A stretch of 6,280 nucleotides of DNA from a virus (taxonomy: Duplodnaviria > Heunggongvirae > Uroviricota > Caudoviricetes), in IMG/VR virus record IMGVR_UViG_2690315994_000034; one strand, 5' to 3'. The notes under the pieces were generated by a model. The model made no database searches. It was not told the origin of the DNA and saw only the letters and a list, made by a program, of their open reading frames with translations. The position numbers and the translations under genes are program-made. Below, piece by piece: positions 5,589 through 6,280 of this stretch (position 1 is the stretch's first letter; every line of letters begins with the position of its first letter).

Positions 5589-6048
5589 AAACCGCTTGCA
5601 AAAAATTATCACGGGGCTGTATGCTTCCCCCGTCGCCCACATGGCGACCGGGTTTGACAGCCTGAATACATCTGGCGGACAGCCGCCCACATCCGATAAG
5701 CGGTTTTTTTGTGTCCGTAAACCTACCCATACCCGCATTATGGCGGGGCGTAACGGGGGAGCCTTTGTGCTCGCTGGTTTCCAGATGACCAGTCTGTCAA
5801 CCCTGTTACGTCTCGCCACCATGTTTGACAGCGTAGTAGCGAGACTCCTTAAAATTCATCTGGGAGCCTTTCACATGGCTGTATCCGCACGCCCTTATTT
5901 TGTCTGGCGCTTTATGCAGTGCCAGGAAAAACAAACCTCACTCTTTACCGTCACGGCAGCAACAGAACGCGAAGCCCGCGCCCAGCTGCCGCACGCACAT
6001 CTGATTTTTGTCGCCCGTATTCGTCAGGGGGAAACCTATGCACAATAA
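5581..6048 (+). CDS. Protein of 155 aa whose C-terminal 50 aa are paralogous to the preceding gene
   Basis: ATG 5581 overlaps the upstream stop and sits 7 nt after GGGG, the same arrangement as the next junction at 6038. C-terminus YFVWRF..TAATEREARAQ..FVARIRQG. N-terminal 98 aa are compositionally odd (R/G/S/T-rich), so the real gene may start at ATG 5875 (57 aa). Confidence 0.45.
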   Translation: MRKNRLQKIITGLYASPVAHMATGFDSLNTSGGQPPTSDKRFFCVRKPTHTRIMAGRNGGAFVLAGFQMTSLSTLLRLATMFDSVVARLLKIHLGAFHMAVSARPYFVWRFMQCQEKQTSLFTVTAATEREARAQLPHAHLIFVARIRQGETYAQ

Positions 6049-6280
6049 AACCACGCCGGACGCAGCCGCCGCCGCGCTCACTACGCTGATGCATGCGCTT
6101 ATTGATATTGAATGCACAGCAGGGCTTGCACAAAAGGAAGAACGGGAAGAATACACATTGTTCGCCCTGGAATGCATCCGATACACCGCCACGCGGTCGC
6201 TGAATGACGCTAAAAATATTCTTGTTGCTGATTGTGAAAATGGGGAGGGTGCCCCTATTAAGTTGTCAAGCATGTTATGA
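6038..6280 (+). CDS. Hypothetical protein, 5' part only (runs off window end)
   Basis: ATG 6038 overlapping the upstream stop (ATGCACAATAA), AGGGGGAAA 4 nt upstream; ORF-track start 6008 is TTG. 81 codons with no stop before the window ends. Confidence 0.5.
   Translation: MHNKTTPDAAAAALTTLMHALIDIECTAGLAQKEEREEYTLFALECIRYTATRSLNDAKNILVADCENGEGAPIKLSSML

Noticed and set aside
5674-5710. Hairpin GGCGG-ACAG-CCGCC followed 16 nt later by a T7 run, as a possible terminator
   Set aside because: The stem and T run are too far apart, and the stem directly abutting the T run is only 3-4 bp. The T run may simply encode RFFC in the 5581 frame.
5485-6273. Minus-strand ORFs 5485-5730, 5574-5822, 5938-6273 and 5951-6133
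   Set aside because: Arg/Ala/Ser-rich translations antisense to the coupled plus-strand genes; no start signals seen. Weak caveat: the minus-strand terminator at 5304-5346 implies some leftward transcription may exist here, though more likely non-coding.
1-6280. CRISPR array, IS element or transposase, rRNA
   Set aside because: No regularly spaced direct repeats, no terminal inverted repeats flanking a transposase-like ORF, and no rRNA-like sequence found.

Overview
The window spans a chromosome/mobile-element junction. Positions 1-852 carry a complete reverse-strand DNA adenine methyltransferase gene (yhdJ-like), preceded by a terminator hairpin and an 18-nt remnant of the fis 3' end (..YGMN-stop, minus strand, about 937-954). 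From about 958 onward the sequence is an integrated element: an AT-rich leader with tandem TGTATAAACA repeats, a P4-type tyrosine integrase (1121-2347), a low-GC 309-aa protein of unknown function (2441-3370), an AlpA-family regulator (3509-3793) and a Rha-family regulator-like protein (3814-4524). Next comes about 350 bp with no convincing gene but several CGTACG-containing palindromes. Beyond it is a leftward two-gene operon that the ORF track only half shows: a ribbon-helix-helix protein (5054-5245) followed by a 50-aa single-transmembrane peptide (4880-5032) with a strong Shine-Dalgarno site. Its start codon overlaps the -35 box of a near-consensus rightward sigma70 promoter (TTGACA-17-TATTAT, 5239-5267) that is bracketed by two identical palindromes TACGTACGTA exactly 30 bp apart. 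That promoter leads into translationally coupled small genes (5385-5588, 5581-6048, 6038->6280), two of which end in the same ARIRQG motif. No rRNA, tRNA, CRISPR array or transposase was found. All family assignments are from reading the translations by eye and from memory, with no database search. The best candidate for an undescribed system is the RHH plus small membrane peptide operon with its operator-flanked divergent promoter; the 309-aa protein is the second.
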